A stretch of DNA of 64,000 nt from Eledone cirrhosa (Eukaryota). Position 1 is the stretch's first letter; each line of letters starts with the position of its first letter. The stretch spans positions 5,084,001-5,148,000 of the forward strand of contig OZ024754.1 of assembly GCA_964016885.1 (NCBI GenBank), given 5' to 3'. Positions 1 to 16,599 of this stretch are shown piece by piece. The position numbers and the translations under genes were made by a program. Under the pieces are notes generated by a model. The model did not search any database and had not been told where the DNA came from. It saw only the letters and a list, made by a program, of their open reading frames with translations.

Positions 1-773
1 ATTGTTGTATGGGTCCAGTAAAATGGATTTGATGAGAATGGGAGGATGGCATGAGGTATGGGTTTGATGTAGTGTCCAGTACGATGAGCTTTATTGACCA
101 GTAATGGAGTTAGGAAGTGTTGTGTTGTATTTGATGTTGTAAAACATATCTGTAAGGCAAGTAAGTGACATAGAAGAAGAGGTATATACTAATTTGAGGT
201 CGAGAGGGGGAAATTTTTTTTTTTTCTCTTTCTCTTTCCGGAAGGATTCTGGTATATATAATCTTGACCGTTTCCTTCTCACAGAAACCAAGTTAATCTA
301 CTTCTAATTGATTGAAGCCTTGTGACCGTTCTACGAAAGTTGAGTTGGTGACATTCTTTCTGGAACCTTCTTGGTAGGAGACATAAAGCTCCAAGACAAA
401 AAGGTTTTACCAGCACAGTTAAACAATATAGATATAGTTTTGACTAAAGGGACAAAGGTCTGTATGTACCATATACCCTGTAGAAGAAAGCTCACCAATT
501 AGGGGGAAGCAGGTTTCCATGTAAACTTTGCCCTCAGCTCTATAATCATTGCAATAAGAAATATGTAATATTTAATGTAAACAGTGTGTTATCCTCCTGC
601 ATCCCATACTAGCTTGGTCTCCCCACCACCCAGCAATCACAGGTCCCTACCCCACCTCCCTGCAATCACAGGGCTTCTGACTGGACATTGTTAAGGGGAC
701 AATTAGGGAACAGAATAGAACAAAAGTTTGAAATATCATTGCAACTACCAATGGTCAAAGAAAATACTAGCTA

Positions 774-912
<139 letters not shown>

Positions 913-1010
913 AAATATATATTATATATGTGTGTTTTTATATATATATACCATCATCATCACTTTAACATCCATTTTCTATGATATATATTTGTGTGTG
1001 TGTATATATA

Positions 1011-1112
1011 TATTAAAATAACAGATTAAAGTTTAAGCAAAGAATCGCTGCTTTCACCCTTAACGGGATCTTCAACGATTCTTTGCTTAAACTTTAATCT
1101 CTTATTTTAATA
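1011..1112. repeat. Inverted repeat, 37-bp arms and 28-nt spacer
   Basis: TATTAAAATAACAGATTAAAGTTTAAGCAAAGAATCG (1011-1047) is the reverse complement of 1076-1112 with one mismatch. Confidence 0.9.
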
Positions 1113-1207
1113 AATATTTGCTCTAGGGTTCTTTATTTGATATATATTTATCCTTATCGAGCCCTCTTTGGAGTTTAGTCTTCAAATTTATTATTACTAT
1201 ATATATT

Positions 1208-1430
1208 TCATCATCATCATCATTTTTTACGTCCGCTTTTTCCCTGCTTGCAAGGGTGGGACGGGAACTGATTCTGGCTTGATTTCTACAGCTGGATGTC
1301 CTTCCTAACACCAACCTCATTTTACAGTGAGTGCTGGGTGCTTTTTTGCCATGGCAACTCCACGACCACTTTGCAGTGGAATGATAGGGACCCCAGTCCC
1401 TATCATCTCATTTCTACAGCTGAGTAAACT
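1208..1430 (-). mobile_element. 3' part of SINE family B
   Basis: Reverse complement of the 3' half of the 3838 and 34468 copies (GGTTGGTGTTAGGAAGG...CCCACCCTTGCAAGCAGGGAAAA...GACGTAAAA-(TGA)n). Confidence 0.85.
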
Positions 1431-2049
1431 GCCTCTCTATATATATATATATATATACATTGCTATAGGAAAAAAAAAGTATGATAATTTCTTACGTAAC
1501 TTATGGTGGGGACACTTGTAGAGGCAAACACTACTGTAAAAGAATAAAGACACAAAGCCACATTTTTGACAATTGGAATACAGGCGATTAAAATAACACC
1601 AGTTTATAACTGGTATTTTTTATTATAATATAACATATCAAACCTGACATGATTGAAAGTCATAGAATGATTTAATGTAGCCGAATATTAAATGGTATTT
1701 TATTCGACAATCTACTGGTTCTGCCATCTCCACTGCCTTTGTAATGTTAATTATTGTACAAGTAATTAGTAATAGCAATTAACTAGAACTATAATTATGA
1801 ATATAATTTTTAATAGTTGTTATTGTTGTTGGAAACTTTTGAAAATTAGACCCAAATATCATAGTAACAGCAGCAGTAGATGGTTTTCTGATGTTACAAA
1901 CATTTCTATAAGGTTAACTGGATGTTGTTGTCTAGCCAAGCGAGCAAAAACAATGGAATGGTGATTAAATGACATCCACAAAGCAAGGGCTATTAACAAT
2001 GGCAGTCACACACTATGGCTTATCACATGCAATCAACTATGACTCCATA

Positions 2050-2330
2050 CTATGTTCTACCATGCTTCAACTAAAGGGTTTTAGATGGCTTTTGTCCTTT
2101 CAGGGTTGATAAAGTTCTCAGTCCTGTAGTGGTAGTATGTTGTATCATGTTTCAACTAAGGATTTTCAGATAGCTTTTGTCCTTTCGGGGTTAGTAAAGT
2201 TCTCAGTCCTGTGATAGTGGTGCAGCCCTGTACCATGCTTCCACTAAGGGTTCTTATTTGCTTTTCATCCTTTAAGGGTCAATAAAGATTGTTCTTAGGC
2301 CTGCGGTGGTAATATGTTGTACCATGCTCT
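2050..2330. repeat. Degenerate ~85-90 bp tandem repeat, about 3 copies
   Basis: Recurring TACCATGCTTCAACTAAGGG...CCTTTCGGGGT..ATAAAG.TCTCAGTCCTG. It includes a piece of the SINE-A central domain. Confidence 0.7.
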
Positions 2331-2331
2331 A

Positions 2332-2860
2332 CGACTCTCTGTACATTTTAGAGCCGTATAGCAAAAAACTGGCCTTATACAACGTCTATATCTGTATAAG
2401 CTAAAATACATTGACTTCTCTGTTAATTTCAGAGCCCATATAGTTAAATCTGGCCTTATACAATGTCTGCCTGTATGAGAGAGAACCAGGTTTGACTTCT
2501 CTTTACATTTTAGAGCCTTATAGCAAAAAAATGGCCTTAACCCTTTACATTATTCTATACATACTATTGTATTTTCACAGTGAAGGCTTTATTTTACATA
2601 ATTATCTCACATAAATATCGGATCTACGAGATTTTGAAGTTATTTATTTTTAGAACAATACCTTAACGTCAGTATGAATGGCCAGTTATGGCTGGTTTGA
2701 AGAGAAAGAGGTGAGAGAGTTCTGGCCAGATGCGGCTGGTTTAAATGCTAGAGAGTTAAACAATGTCTGTATCTGTATAAGCTAAAACACATTGACTTCT
2801 CTGTTAATTTCAGAGTTATATAGCAAAATTTGGCCTTATACAATGTCTGCCTGTATGAGA
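2332..2860. repeat. ~80-bp subunit / ~160-bp dimer tandem repeat, interrupted by a MITE
   Basis: Recurring GACTTCTCT..AATTT.AGAGCC.TATAG..AAA.TGGCCTTATACAATGTCT...CTGTAT.AG units. Confidence 0.75.
2537..2759 (-). mobile_element. TTAA-flanked MITE family 1 (piggyBac-like, non-autonomous)
   Basis: TTAACCCTTTACAT...ATGCTAGAGAGTTAA. The body is the reverse complement of 22252-22498. It interrupts a tandem unit (GGCCTTAA|ACAATG versus the sister unit GGCCTTATACAACG), which exposes the TTAA target duplication. Confidence 0.8.
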
Positions 2861-3785
2861 TAGAATCCCATAAGTTCCAAAGGGTGAAAGGACAGAAGAT
2901 TAAGTAGTTTGGTTTTAATATCCAGTTGTAATCAGAGAACAGTTAATATCAAGTCATGGCATTATTCAACTGGCTTTGGTTGTGCAACCTAGTTTCTCTC
3001 TCTCTCTCTTTCTCTTTCTCTCTCTCTCTCTCTCTCTCTTGAACCTGGTGTTAGACTGTCTAACACTTTGGTTGGTCTACATATGTTCTATGTGGGGTGG
3101 TTTTGTCACAGAATGGGCTTTTGTTTTTTAAATGTCATCATACTGATTTGCTAATGTGTAAACATGATGAGGGGTGTTTGTGTAGGTGTGTGTATGTGTG
3201 TATAGGTGTGTTTGTTTGTGTATGTGTATAGGTGTGTGTTTGTGTATAAGTGTGCAAATGTCCAGGCATCACACATACAGAAGCATTATTAATGTGTGTG
3301 TGTGTGTACGTACATGTCCACACCCATTAGCATTGTGTGTGTGTGTACCCGTATGTATGTATATATGTTTATGTGTATTTGTATGTATCTGTGTGTGTAC
3401 GTATATGTATGTATATGTGTATACATATCTATGTATATGTGTATGCAAGTATAGATGTATAAATGTATGTGTAATATATATAGGTATGTATATGTGTAAT
3501 ATATATATGTATTTTATGTATATGTGTAATATATATATATGTATGTATATGTGTAATATATATATGTATGTATATGTGTGTATATATATATGTGTATATG
3601 TGTAAACATGTGTATGTAAGGAGAAAACAAACAGTAAGAGTAATTAACTTTTAACATCCTGTAATGATTTAGCTGAAAATATCTAGAAACATCTTTGTTA
3701 ATTCAAATGTTTATAGTATCGTTACTTGTGGACATTTTACAGTGTTATGCTAGCATGGAAAATGGATGTTAAATGATGATGATGA

Positions 3786-3837
<52 letters not shown>

Positions 3838-3839
<2 letters not shown>

Positions 3840-4180
3840 AGGCACATGGCTTAGTGGTTTTGGCCTTGCAATCGAAAGGTTGTGAGTTCAATTCTCAGAC
3901 CAGGCGATGTGTTGTTTCCTTGAGCAAGGCACTTTATTTCACATTGCTCCAGTTTACTCAGCTGTAGAAATGAGATGATAGGACTGGGGTCCAAATCATT
4001 CCACTGCAAAGTGGTCGTGGAGGTGCCACGGCAAAAAAAGCACCCAGCACTCGCTGTAAATGAGGTTGGTGTTAGGAAGGGCATCCAGCTGTAGAAATCA
4101 AGCCAGCATCAGTTCCCGTCCCACCCTGGCAAGCAGGGTAAAGTGGACGTAAAATGAAATGGTGAAAATGATGATGATGA
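3838..4180 (+). mobile_element. tRNA-derived SINE family B (CORE-like centre, (TGA)n tail)
   Basis: A-box TGGCTTAGTGG, B-box GAGTTCAATTC, central CCTTGAGCAAGGCACTTTATTTCAC. Near-identical to 34468-34814. Confidence 0.85.
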
Positions 4181-4306
4181 TAATATATAAACAATGAGTT
4201 ATTTGTTATATTGATTATTCAACAGTTAATTTATAACAGATTAGAAGCACTCGACAATTTTTTTCTGGAATATAATTAATATCAATAATATTAATATTAA
4301 TATTAT

Positions 4307-4377
<71 letters not shown>

Positions 4378-4398
4378 GGAGACGAATTCATATACTAA

Positions 4399-4490
4399 GC
4401 ATATCTGACGACCTTTCGATTACACAGTCAGGTTTGATCTATAATAGATCTTACCTCGAGCTGATTGATAGTGAAACATATGTAATATGT
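4399..4490 (+). ncRNA. Minimal type I hammerhead ribozyme motif
   Basis: Stem I GCATAT(4399)/ATATGT(4485). Core CTGACGA 4405-4411. Long stem II with inner AGGT..GATCTA/TAGATC..ACCT. GAAA 4473-4476. Perfect palindromic stem III ACATATGT. Predicted cleavage after GUA at 4484. Confidence 0.75.
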
Positions 4491-4926
4491 CATTAAATAT
4501 GATATCATGCAACACTGAATCCTTGTTCCTTATAGCATTTGTGTGTGTGCGTGTATGATGATATATATACATATATGATGATATATATGTATTATATGTA
4601 TGTATATATGTCTGTGTGTGTGAGATTTCTCTAGAACCTACTTTCTTTCTTTCTCTCTCTCTCTCCAAATCAAACTGCTGGTGTGTTGTGTGCATTATTG
4701 AATAGGGTGGTGCATCATTTTGCAGCTGCATTGTCAGAAGGTGATGCATTTGTAACAAAAAATATATATGCCCCCTCTCCCTCCTCTGACTGTGGTCTCC
4801 CTCTGACTCTCTCTCTCTCTCTCTCTGACTCTCTCTTTGTCTCTTCCTGTCTCTCTAAATAGATAAAATACAAGATGGGGTGTACATTCCATTAGATTCT
4901 TGTATCTTTAAAGCTCTAGGTTTTTG

Positions 4927-5900
<974 letters not shown>

Positions 5901-5997
5901 GTGGGGTCGTCAGATAATAATAATAATAATAACATGATGTGATGATCATCATCACATCATCAATGTATTGATCATTACAGTGATAACTTTAGAGTAA

Positions 5998-6058
<61 letters not shown>

Positions 6059-6256
6059 CTTAAGTTCCTTTCATTACAGATTTTTAGTTAAAATCCTTTT
6101 GAGGTCAATTTAACCTTTTTTGTACTTCCAAGATGCTTGATACAATATAGTACCAGTGAAATACTGGGGGTGATATAGATAGCTGTTCAACTACCTCACG
6201 AAAATGCAATCTTTTTACCTAGATCTTTTTTTAAAAGTTATTTTTTAAAATATTTT

Positions 6257-6475
6257 TTAACTCTTTTCCATATATTTCTAATGAAAGACACTGCTTATGG
6301 CTTTCAAGAGAGATTACTAAAATTATTAATTATTTCATTGCTGAGATAGTAAATTAATGTAAGGTTCTTAAATAAAATAATGTTGGAAGATTTAAATTGG
6401 AAACCTTTAAAATGGGTGCTTTTATTTCATAGAACCAGAGCTGGTTTTGGCCAGGGTTGGTAACTAAAGGGTTAA
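6257..6475 (+). mobile_element. TTAA-flanked MITE family 2, diverged
   Basis: TTAACTCTTTT...ATATTTCTAATGAAA...GGTTGGTAACTAAAGGGTTAA. Homologous to 33239-33483. Confidence 0.65.
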
Positions 6476-7696
6476 AGTGTTCCTATTTATATTTATATTA
6501 AAAGATTCCATCATAATTTTTTTAAAGAAATTTTTGTTAAATGATGTTTTAAATAGCAACTTACTAATAAAAATGTTAATTATTTTAGTAAATATTTACA
6601 ATTTTTTTTGACGGAGATGACGAAGGACCGTGACAAGTGGAGAGATGCTGTGCTGAATAGGACCCGTCCCACCCTTGCAAGCAGGGAAAAGCGGACGTAA
6701 AATGATGATGATAGGCTGTTTTTCGTTAGAAATACAATAATGAAGGGGTTAAATAAACCCTTCAAAATTCTTAATTCTTATCTATATTAGCCACACACAC
6801 TCACACACTTCTCTCTCTCTCTCTCACACACATACAAACAGGCACACACATATAAAGACATACACACGCACTAACTCTATTCTAACTTACTGTCGGCCTC
6901 CTCCCACATACACATACTACACAAACACACACACACTGGTTCACACACGCATACACACAGCAAATGTACAGTGACTACCATCAGCAGAGAGGAAGGGACA
7001 GGCCTGTAGCTGTCTCAGTAAACAGGATGACTGAGTAAGGAAGTTATTTCTTATTCAGTTGAGCCTAGTTTTCCCTTTTGATTGTAAAACACACACACAC
7101 ATGCATGCATTTACATTTGCACATACACACACATGCATTCACGTTTACACACACACATGCATTTACATCTGCACATACACACAAATATGCCTGCACACAC
7201 ACACACACGCACGCACATTCACATCTGGACACGGAGACACACATTCACATCCACACTCACTCCCACACACACACATTCACACTGCCTCCACACACACACA
7301 CACAGTCTCCACCTCTTATTTTTTAAAATTATTTTTAGTGATTTTAGGGCAGTTTTTTTTCTTTTTCTATTTTTTCTAGTTTTTTTTTTTTTATTATTCT
7401 TTAGATTTTATTTTATTGTATTTTTTTAAGCGTCTCTAATCATATTGAGAGAAGGAACGCCCACCTTCAAGGTAGACTGTTGTCCCCTTACCTTGAAATA
7501 CTGGCTGGGGATAAAAGGGACCTATGCCCCCACCCAAGCCAACCTTAACCCACCTTACGTGGGGGTGGAGCAGAGGGGGGTTGGAGGATGTTCTATTTAT
7601 TTAATTTACGCTTTTTTAAAATATATATGTGTGTGTACATGTGTCTTTTTTATATGCATATATATGTGTGTGTCTATGTATGTATGTGTGTTTGTG

Positions 7697-7734
<38 letters not shown>

Positions 7735-7987
7735 TGTATTTGTAGTTTTTGTAAAATAAAAAAAAAAGAAAAGGGGGTGTATCTCTAGGTGTATTGTGTA
7801 CAGTGGTGGGGTGAGGTTGGGGTGGGACAAGATGATATCAGTGCTGGCTGCTATAGGACAAAGACTTCTTTGAAATCTACAGCCATAATAATAATAATAA
7901 TAATAATAATAATGGTGGCAGTACTAGTGGTGGTGGGGGTGGTGGCTGTAATTGTAAGAGCAAGCTCCAATGATGATGATAATGATG

Positions 7988-8400
7988 GTACCTGGCTGGC
8001 TGTTGTGATGGAGATGGTGAGTCTTGTGAGAGAGAGAGAGAGGGGGGAGAGTACCTGGCTGGCTGTTGTGATGGAGATGGTGAGTCTTGTGAGAGAGAGG
8101 GGGGGGAGAGTACCTGGCTGGCTGTTGTGATGGAGATGGTGAGTCTTGTGAGAGAGAGAGAGAGGGGGGAGTACCTGGCTGGCTGTTGTGATGAAGATGG
8201 TGAGTCTTGTGAGATAGAGGGGGGGAGAGTACCTGGCTGGCTGTTGTGATGGAGATGGTGAGTCTTGTGAGAGAGAGAGAGAGAGGGGGGAGTACCTGGC
8301 TGGCTGTTGTGATGGAGATGGTGAGTCTTGTGAGATAGAGGGGGGGAGAGTACCTGGCTGGCTGTTGTGATGAAGATGAGTGATTCTTGTGAGAGAAAGG
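7988..8400. repeat. ~60-bp minisatellite x7 with a variable (GA)n/G linker
   Basis: GTACCTGGCTGGCTGTTGTGATGGAGATGGTGAGTCTTGTGAGA repeated 7 times. Confidence 0.95.
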
Positions 8401-9082
8401 GAGAGAGAGAGAGAGGGAGAGGCATATAGTGAGCGACAGTGACTTATAAAGGGTTGTTCCTGAAATTTGAGTTGTTGGGGTCAGAGACGGAGGGTGGGGG
8501 TTGGCTCCTGTCCCCGGCCCTCTTCTGAGGTTTCAACACAGAATTTGAGAATTAAATATAAAACAAAACAAACAAAAAACTAACCCAAACAACTACAAAA
8601 GAAGACAAATATATATTTTTATATATATTTTTTATTTAGTGTATTTTTGTTGTTTTGTTTTCAATTATTTTCTTCAAAATATTTCTGTGATATATTTTTT
8701 TTATTTTAGTTATTTTACTTTTTTTTTGTATAGATTATGATTTTATTTTTTTCTAGATTTCAATAGAGTCGTAATGATGCTGACTAATAACGATGATGAT
8801 GATGATATCGATAATGATAATGATAATGATAACGATGATGATGATAATGATATCAATAATAATAATGGTGGTGGTGGTGGTAGTGGTGTTGGTGATGATG
8901 ATATCAATAATACTACTAATGGTAGTGGTGGTGGTGGTGATCATAACAACAACAACAGCAACAACAATTGAATGAAATACTTTTCCTTAATTTTTCCCAT
9001 AATTCAGTTTCAAATAATTTCGTCTTTTTTTTTTTGCTTTAATTTTTCCGTCTCTTTTTTTATCTTTATCTTTCTTATGAAT

Positions 9083-9632
9083 GGGGATGTAGGGGTTGTA
9101 GTAGGGGTTATTTTGGTGGGGATGTAGGGGTTGTAGTAGGGGTTATTTTGGTGGGGATGTAGGGGTTATTTTGGTGGGGATGTAGGGGTTGTAGTAGGGG
9201 TTATTTTGGTGGGGATGTAGGGGTTATTTTGGTGGGGATGTAGGGGTTGTAGTAGGGGTTATTTTGGTGGGGATGTAGGGGTTGTAGTCGGGGTTATTTT
9301 GGTGGGAATGTAGGGGTTATTTTGGTGGGAATGTAGGGGTTATTTTGGTGGGGATGTAGGGGTTGTAGTAGGGGTTATTTTGGTGGGGATGTAGGGGTTA
9401 TTTTGGTGGGGATGTAGGGGTTGTAGTAGGGGTTATTTTGGTGGGGATGTAGGGGTTGTAGTCGGGGTTATTTTGGTGGGAATGTAGGGGTTATTTTGGT
9501 GGGAATGTAGGGGTTATTTTGGTGGGGATGTAGGGGTTGCAGTAGGGGTTATTTTGGTGGGGATGTAGAGGTTGCAGTAGGGGTTATTTTGGTGGGGATG
9601 TAGGGGTTGTAGTTGGGGTTATTTTGGTGGGG
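9083..9632 (+). repeat. G-rich minisatellite (23/35-bp units) with G-quadruplex potential
   Basis: GGGGATGTAGGGGTTGTAGTAGGGGTTATTTTGGT units with dozens of GGGG runs on one strand. Confidence 0.95.
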
Positions 9633-9928
9633 TCAGGGGGAGTTATAATTTATAATGGGGATAATGGTGTAGTGTGGAGTGGTGTGGCGTTGCGTGGTGT
9701 GTTATGGTGTGGTGTGGTGTAGTATCATGTATTATTGTGGGGACAAAAGGTTTCTATTTAAATTTCAAATAAGTCTTTCGGTTTATTTTAAGTAATTGCT
9801 ATATAGAAGTAGGTAACTGGTAGGGTGTGTGGGTGATTGGAGGGATGGCTGCTCCAATATATCACAGGCTTCTGCATAATTTCCGTCTACCAAATGTTTC
9901 TCAAAAAGTATTTGTCAACCCAATGCTA

Positions 9929-10003
<75 letters not shown>

Positions 10004-10146
10004 ATTTGTCTGTATGTATATATACACACACACACACTTTTCTATCTCATCTTTTTAGTCATTTTTATACCTCCCTCTCCTCTCTCCTATCTCTTTTATG
10101 TTTTTTTATTCTATTAAAGAAATCTTTCTATTCAGTTACATCTAAC

Positions 10147-10208
<62 letters not shown>

Positions 10209-10417
10209 AATCACTTAATCTTTTTTATGGCACCTCTTGTTTTCTCTCCTCTCCCTCTGTCTTTCTCTCTCTTTCCATATATATATATGTTTCAATATGT
10301 ATGTGTATATATATATATATATATATATCTGTTTCAATATGTATGTGTATATATATATATATATCTGTTTCAATATGTATGTGTATATATATATATATAT
10401 ATCTGTTTCAATATGTA

Positions 10418-10467
<50 letters not shown>

Positions 10468-10798
10468 TATATATACACACACATATATTATGTCTCTCTT
10501 ATCCACTTCTCTGTTTCCACCCTTCATTATCTCTATCACCCCACCATCACCATCGTCATCATCATCATCACCATCATCATCATTATCATTTGCGCAACAC
10601 CCTCTCCTCCCACCCTCTCCTCACACCCTTCCTCCAACTCCAATGAAAGTTGTATGAATCTAAAGAAACAGTAGTGTTCTATAGATTGTCCCCGTCAGTT
10701 GTTATGGTTAAAAGGATGCACATCTTTGACAGGAAGAGGCTTTCCTTTGACAAATCCATTATGTTCAGACAGGTCATAGCAATGTACAGCACCAATAA

Positions 10799-10845
<47 letters not shown>

Positions 10846-10854
10846 ATCATAATA

Positions 10855-11835
10855 ATTGTTTCTACTTTTGGCACAAGGCCAGCAATTACCCCAGTGCATT
10901 ACTGGTACTTTATTTTATCGACCCCCCGTAAGGATGTAAGGCAAAGTTAACCTCGGCGGGATTTGAATTCAGACTGTAAAGGGCCATAACTCTATGCGTC
11001 AAAGTATCTACCGTTACTGCCAATCCACCGCTATGGTGGATTTATAATAATAATGATGATAATAATTGTTTCTACTTTTGACAGGTTAAAGCTTGACTGT
11101 AAGGCATATTTATGTTATAATAATATAATAATAATTGTTTCTACTTTTGGCACAAGGCCAGCAATTACCCCAGTACATTACTGGTACTTTATTTTATCGA
11201 CCCCGTAAGGATGAAAGGCAAAGTTAACCTCGGCGGGATTTGAACTCAGAATAGCAAGGGCCGTAACTCTATGCGTCAAAGCATGGCGTCCGACCCTCTA
11301 CCGACACTGTGTTTCTACTTAGGCACAAGGCCAGCAATTTGTTGCAGGAGGAGAAATTTAATTAAATCGACCCCAGTGTATTACTGGTACTTTATTTTAT
11401 CGATCCCGTAAGGATGAAAGGTAAAGCTAACCATTGCGGCATTTGAACTCAGAACTCAGAACATATAGGGACATAACTCTAAGCTGTGAAGGACCACCCC
11501 CAGTGCGTGACTGGTACTTTATTTATTTTATCGACCATGTAAGGATGGAAGGCAAAGTTAACCTCAGCAGGATTTGAACTCAGAACGTAAAGGGACATAA
11601 CCCTGTGTTGCAAAGCATGGCGTCTAACACTCTACTGAGTAATAATAATTGTTTCTACTTTAGGCAATTTTCGGGGGAGGGAAAGTCCATTAAATAAACC
11701 CTTGTGTATTACTGGTACTTTATTTTATCGACCAGGTAAGGATGTAAGGCAAAGTTAACCTCGGGCTGGTAAGGGCCATAACTCTATACTGCAAAGAAGG
11801 GTGTCCGATGCTTTACCAATTACTACCAATCCACT
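10855..11835 (-). mobile_element. Head-to-tail cluster of about 5 SINE family A copies
   Basis: Repeated CTGGTACTTTATTTTATCGACCCCGTAAGGATGAAAGGCAAAGTTAACCTCGGCGGGATTTGAACTCAGA, the reverse complement of 20438-20626. Confidence 0.9.
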
Positions 11836-11904
11836 TTAATAGTAATTTCATATTCCTCTTGTCTCAAAAAATTATTTCATTTAAATTTTGTATATATTAT
11901 ATAT

Positions 11905-12014
11905 ATATATGTGTGTGTATATACAGAATTATATACACACATATATATATATTTATCACCTTCATTTAACGTCCATTTTTCCCTACTTGTAAGAGTTGAC
12001 ATTATATATGTATG

Positions 12015-12059
<45 letters not shown>

Positions 12060-12300
12060 TTGTGTTTATATGTATGTATATAATGTAAATATATATATAT
12101 ATATGTGTGTGTGTATATACAAAATTATACACACACACATATATATATATATTTATCACCTTCATTTAACGTCCATTTTTCCCAACTTGTAAGAGTTGGA
12201 CATTATATATGTATATATGTATGTATGTATATATATATATATATATATGCGTGTGTGTTTATATGTATGTATATAATGTAAATATATATATATATATATA
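11905..12300. repeat. ~195-bp direct duplication carrying a SINE-B tail
   Basis: ATTTATCACCTTCATTTAACGTCCATTTTTCCC.ACTTGTAAGAGTTG occurs at about 11951 and 12151. Confidence 0.8.
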
Positions 12301-12919
12301 TTGTATGTGTACATTAATACATATATTCAATTTAACTTTCCAACATTTGGAAGAAAAAATAATGAATGTTTAATATAAAAAAACCCACACAATATTTTAG
12401 TTTTATTGATATTATATGCATACACATATTCAGACACAGACACACACATAGACATACACATACACAGACATATTCAGACACTCATGTCCACAGACACATA
12501 CACTCACATATGCAGACACTCACATATTCACACAGACACTCACATAATACACATACACACATACACATACACTGACATACACACACTTACATTTTCAGAT
12601 ACACACACACAGACATATGCAGACACTCACATATACAGACACACACATACACACACTCATGCCCACAGACACATATTAAGTCACACTCAAATACACACAC
12701 ACTCACACACCTACAGACACACACACACACATATTAAATAGTATTTTTTAAATATTTTATATTGGTGTTCCTTGTTTTACAAATGGAATATACAATATTT
12801 TCTTTTGAATTCCTTCTGCTGTGGAGGGGGGTAGAGTTACTTTGGCACTGGAGTTAAATGTTACAGGAGGGGAGGGGGGTGGCCATTAATTCCCCCCACC
12901 ACATCACCCCCAACACACA

Positions 12920-15019
<2,100 letters not shown>

Positions 15020-15308
15020 AAACAAAATACGAAAGATATATTATGTGGAATAGTTCTCATAAATCTTTATATAAATGTCTCACCAATATTAAAAATACTA
15101 ATAATAATATAATATAATATGATAATATAAGTACAATCATGAATAATAATAATGGTTTCTTTTATTGGTCACAAGGGGCTAAGACATTGAGGGGGGAGGG
15201 GTGGGCAATACGAGAACCAAAAGGAAAAAACATAAAACAAAACAATACAGAGTGGGATTTACATTGAGTTTAGAAAATGGTAACATCTACGAGAAGGAAA
15301 CAGTAGAT

Positions 15309-16078
15309 TTAACCCTCTAACCATTTAACATTTACACTGGCCAAATTTGGCCAGAATTCTCTCACCTCTTTCTGTTCAAACTGGCCACATCTGGCCAGAA
15401 TTCTCTCACCTCTTTCTGTTCAAACTGGCCACATCTGGCCAGAATTCTCTCACCTCTTTCTGTTCAAACTGGCCACATCTGGCCAGAATTCTCTCACCTC
15501 TTTCTGTTCAAACTGGCCACATCTGGCCAGAATTCTCTCACCTCTTTCTGTTCAAACTGGCCACATCTGGCCAGAATTCTCTCACCTCTTTCTGTTCAAA
15601 CTGACCACATCTGGCCAGAATTCTCTCACCTCTTTCTGTTCAAACCGACCACATCTGGCCAGAATTCTCTCACCTCTTTCTGTTCAAACCGACCAAATTT
15701 GGGCAAAATTCTTTCATCTCCTTCTATTCAAACCAGCTGTATCAAGCCACTCATACTGATGTTAAGGTATTGTTCTCAAAATAAATAATATCAAGATCTC
15801 ATAAATTCGATATTATGTGAGGTAAACCCTTTACCGTGAAAATATAATTGTAGATATAGGAGTAATGTGAATGCTAATGGGTTAAACCGGCCATATCTGG
15901 CCAGAATTCTTTCACCTCTTTCTATTCAAACCAGCTGTATCTGGCCACTCATATTGATGTTAAGGTATTGTTCTCAAAATAAATAGTATCAAAATCTCAG
16001 ATTCGATATTGTGAGATAAAGCCTCTACTGTGAAAATATAATAATAAATATAGAGTAATGTAAATGCTAAACGGTTAA
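15309..16078 (+). mobile_element. Two nested or tandem family-1 MITEs with an internal 44-bp array
   Basis: TTAACCCTCTAACC start, right ends GCTAATGGGTTAA (15885) and GCTAAACGGTTAA (16078). Confidence 0.8.
15347..15740. repeat. 44-bp tandem array, about 9 copies
   Basis: CTGGCCAGAATTCTCTCACCTCTTTCTGTTCAAACTGGCCACAT starting at 15391, 15435, 15479, 15523, 15567, 15611 and 15655, plus diverged flanking copies. Confidence 0.95.
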
Positions 16079-16269
16079 TGACTGCATTTTTAATGAAATA
16101 CACATTATTTCAATTAATTGATGAAGAATTTCGAAGAATTTACTAAAATTACTAATTATTTTGTTACTAAGGTAGTAACTTAATGTAAGGTTCAAGACTG
16201 TTGGAGGGTTAGGTGAGAGAAAAAGACTAAAAAATATGCATTTTAACAAATCAAAACATGGCAATAATG

Positions 16270-16480
16270 GTTTCTAGTATATGTACAAGGCCAGCAATCC
16301 TGGGGAAGGAGGAAAGTAGATTAAATTGACCACAGTGCGTGACTGGTACTTTATTTTATCGACCCTGTAAAGATAAAAGGCTAAGATAACCTTGGTGAGA
16401 TTTGAAACCCAGAATGTAAAGGGCCATAGCTCTATGCTGCAAAGCATGTTGTCTGACGCTCTACTGATAACTACCATATA
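16270..16480 (-). mobile_element. SINE family A copy
   Basis: GACTGGTACTTTATTTTATCGACCCTGTAAAGATAAAAGGC...ATTTGAAACCCAGAA. Confidence 0.8.
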
Positions 16481-16599
16481 TGGCAAGTAAACCATGAAGA
16501 GAGAGAGAGAGAGAGTGGCAGTGTCTGTAGAGACTAGACAATGTCACTAATGTATGGATTTGTAACCTTAGAAATAAACATTTCTTAGGTGGAAAGATT

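Noticed and set aside
1-215. Minus-strand peptide LDLKL...TDMFY...HTSCHPPILIKSI, reminiscent of the Penelope RT C-terminus
   Set aside because: Short, interrupted by a stop codon, lacking the KPT motif and cut by the window edge. It needs tblastn or an HMM to call.
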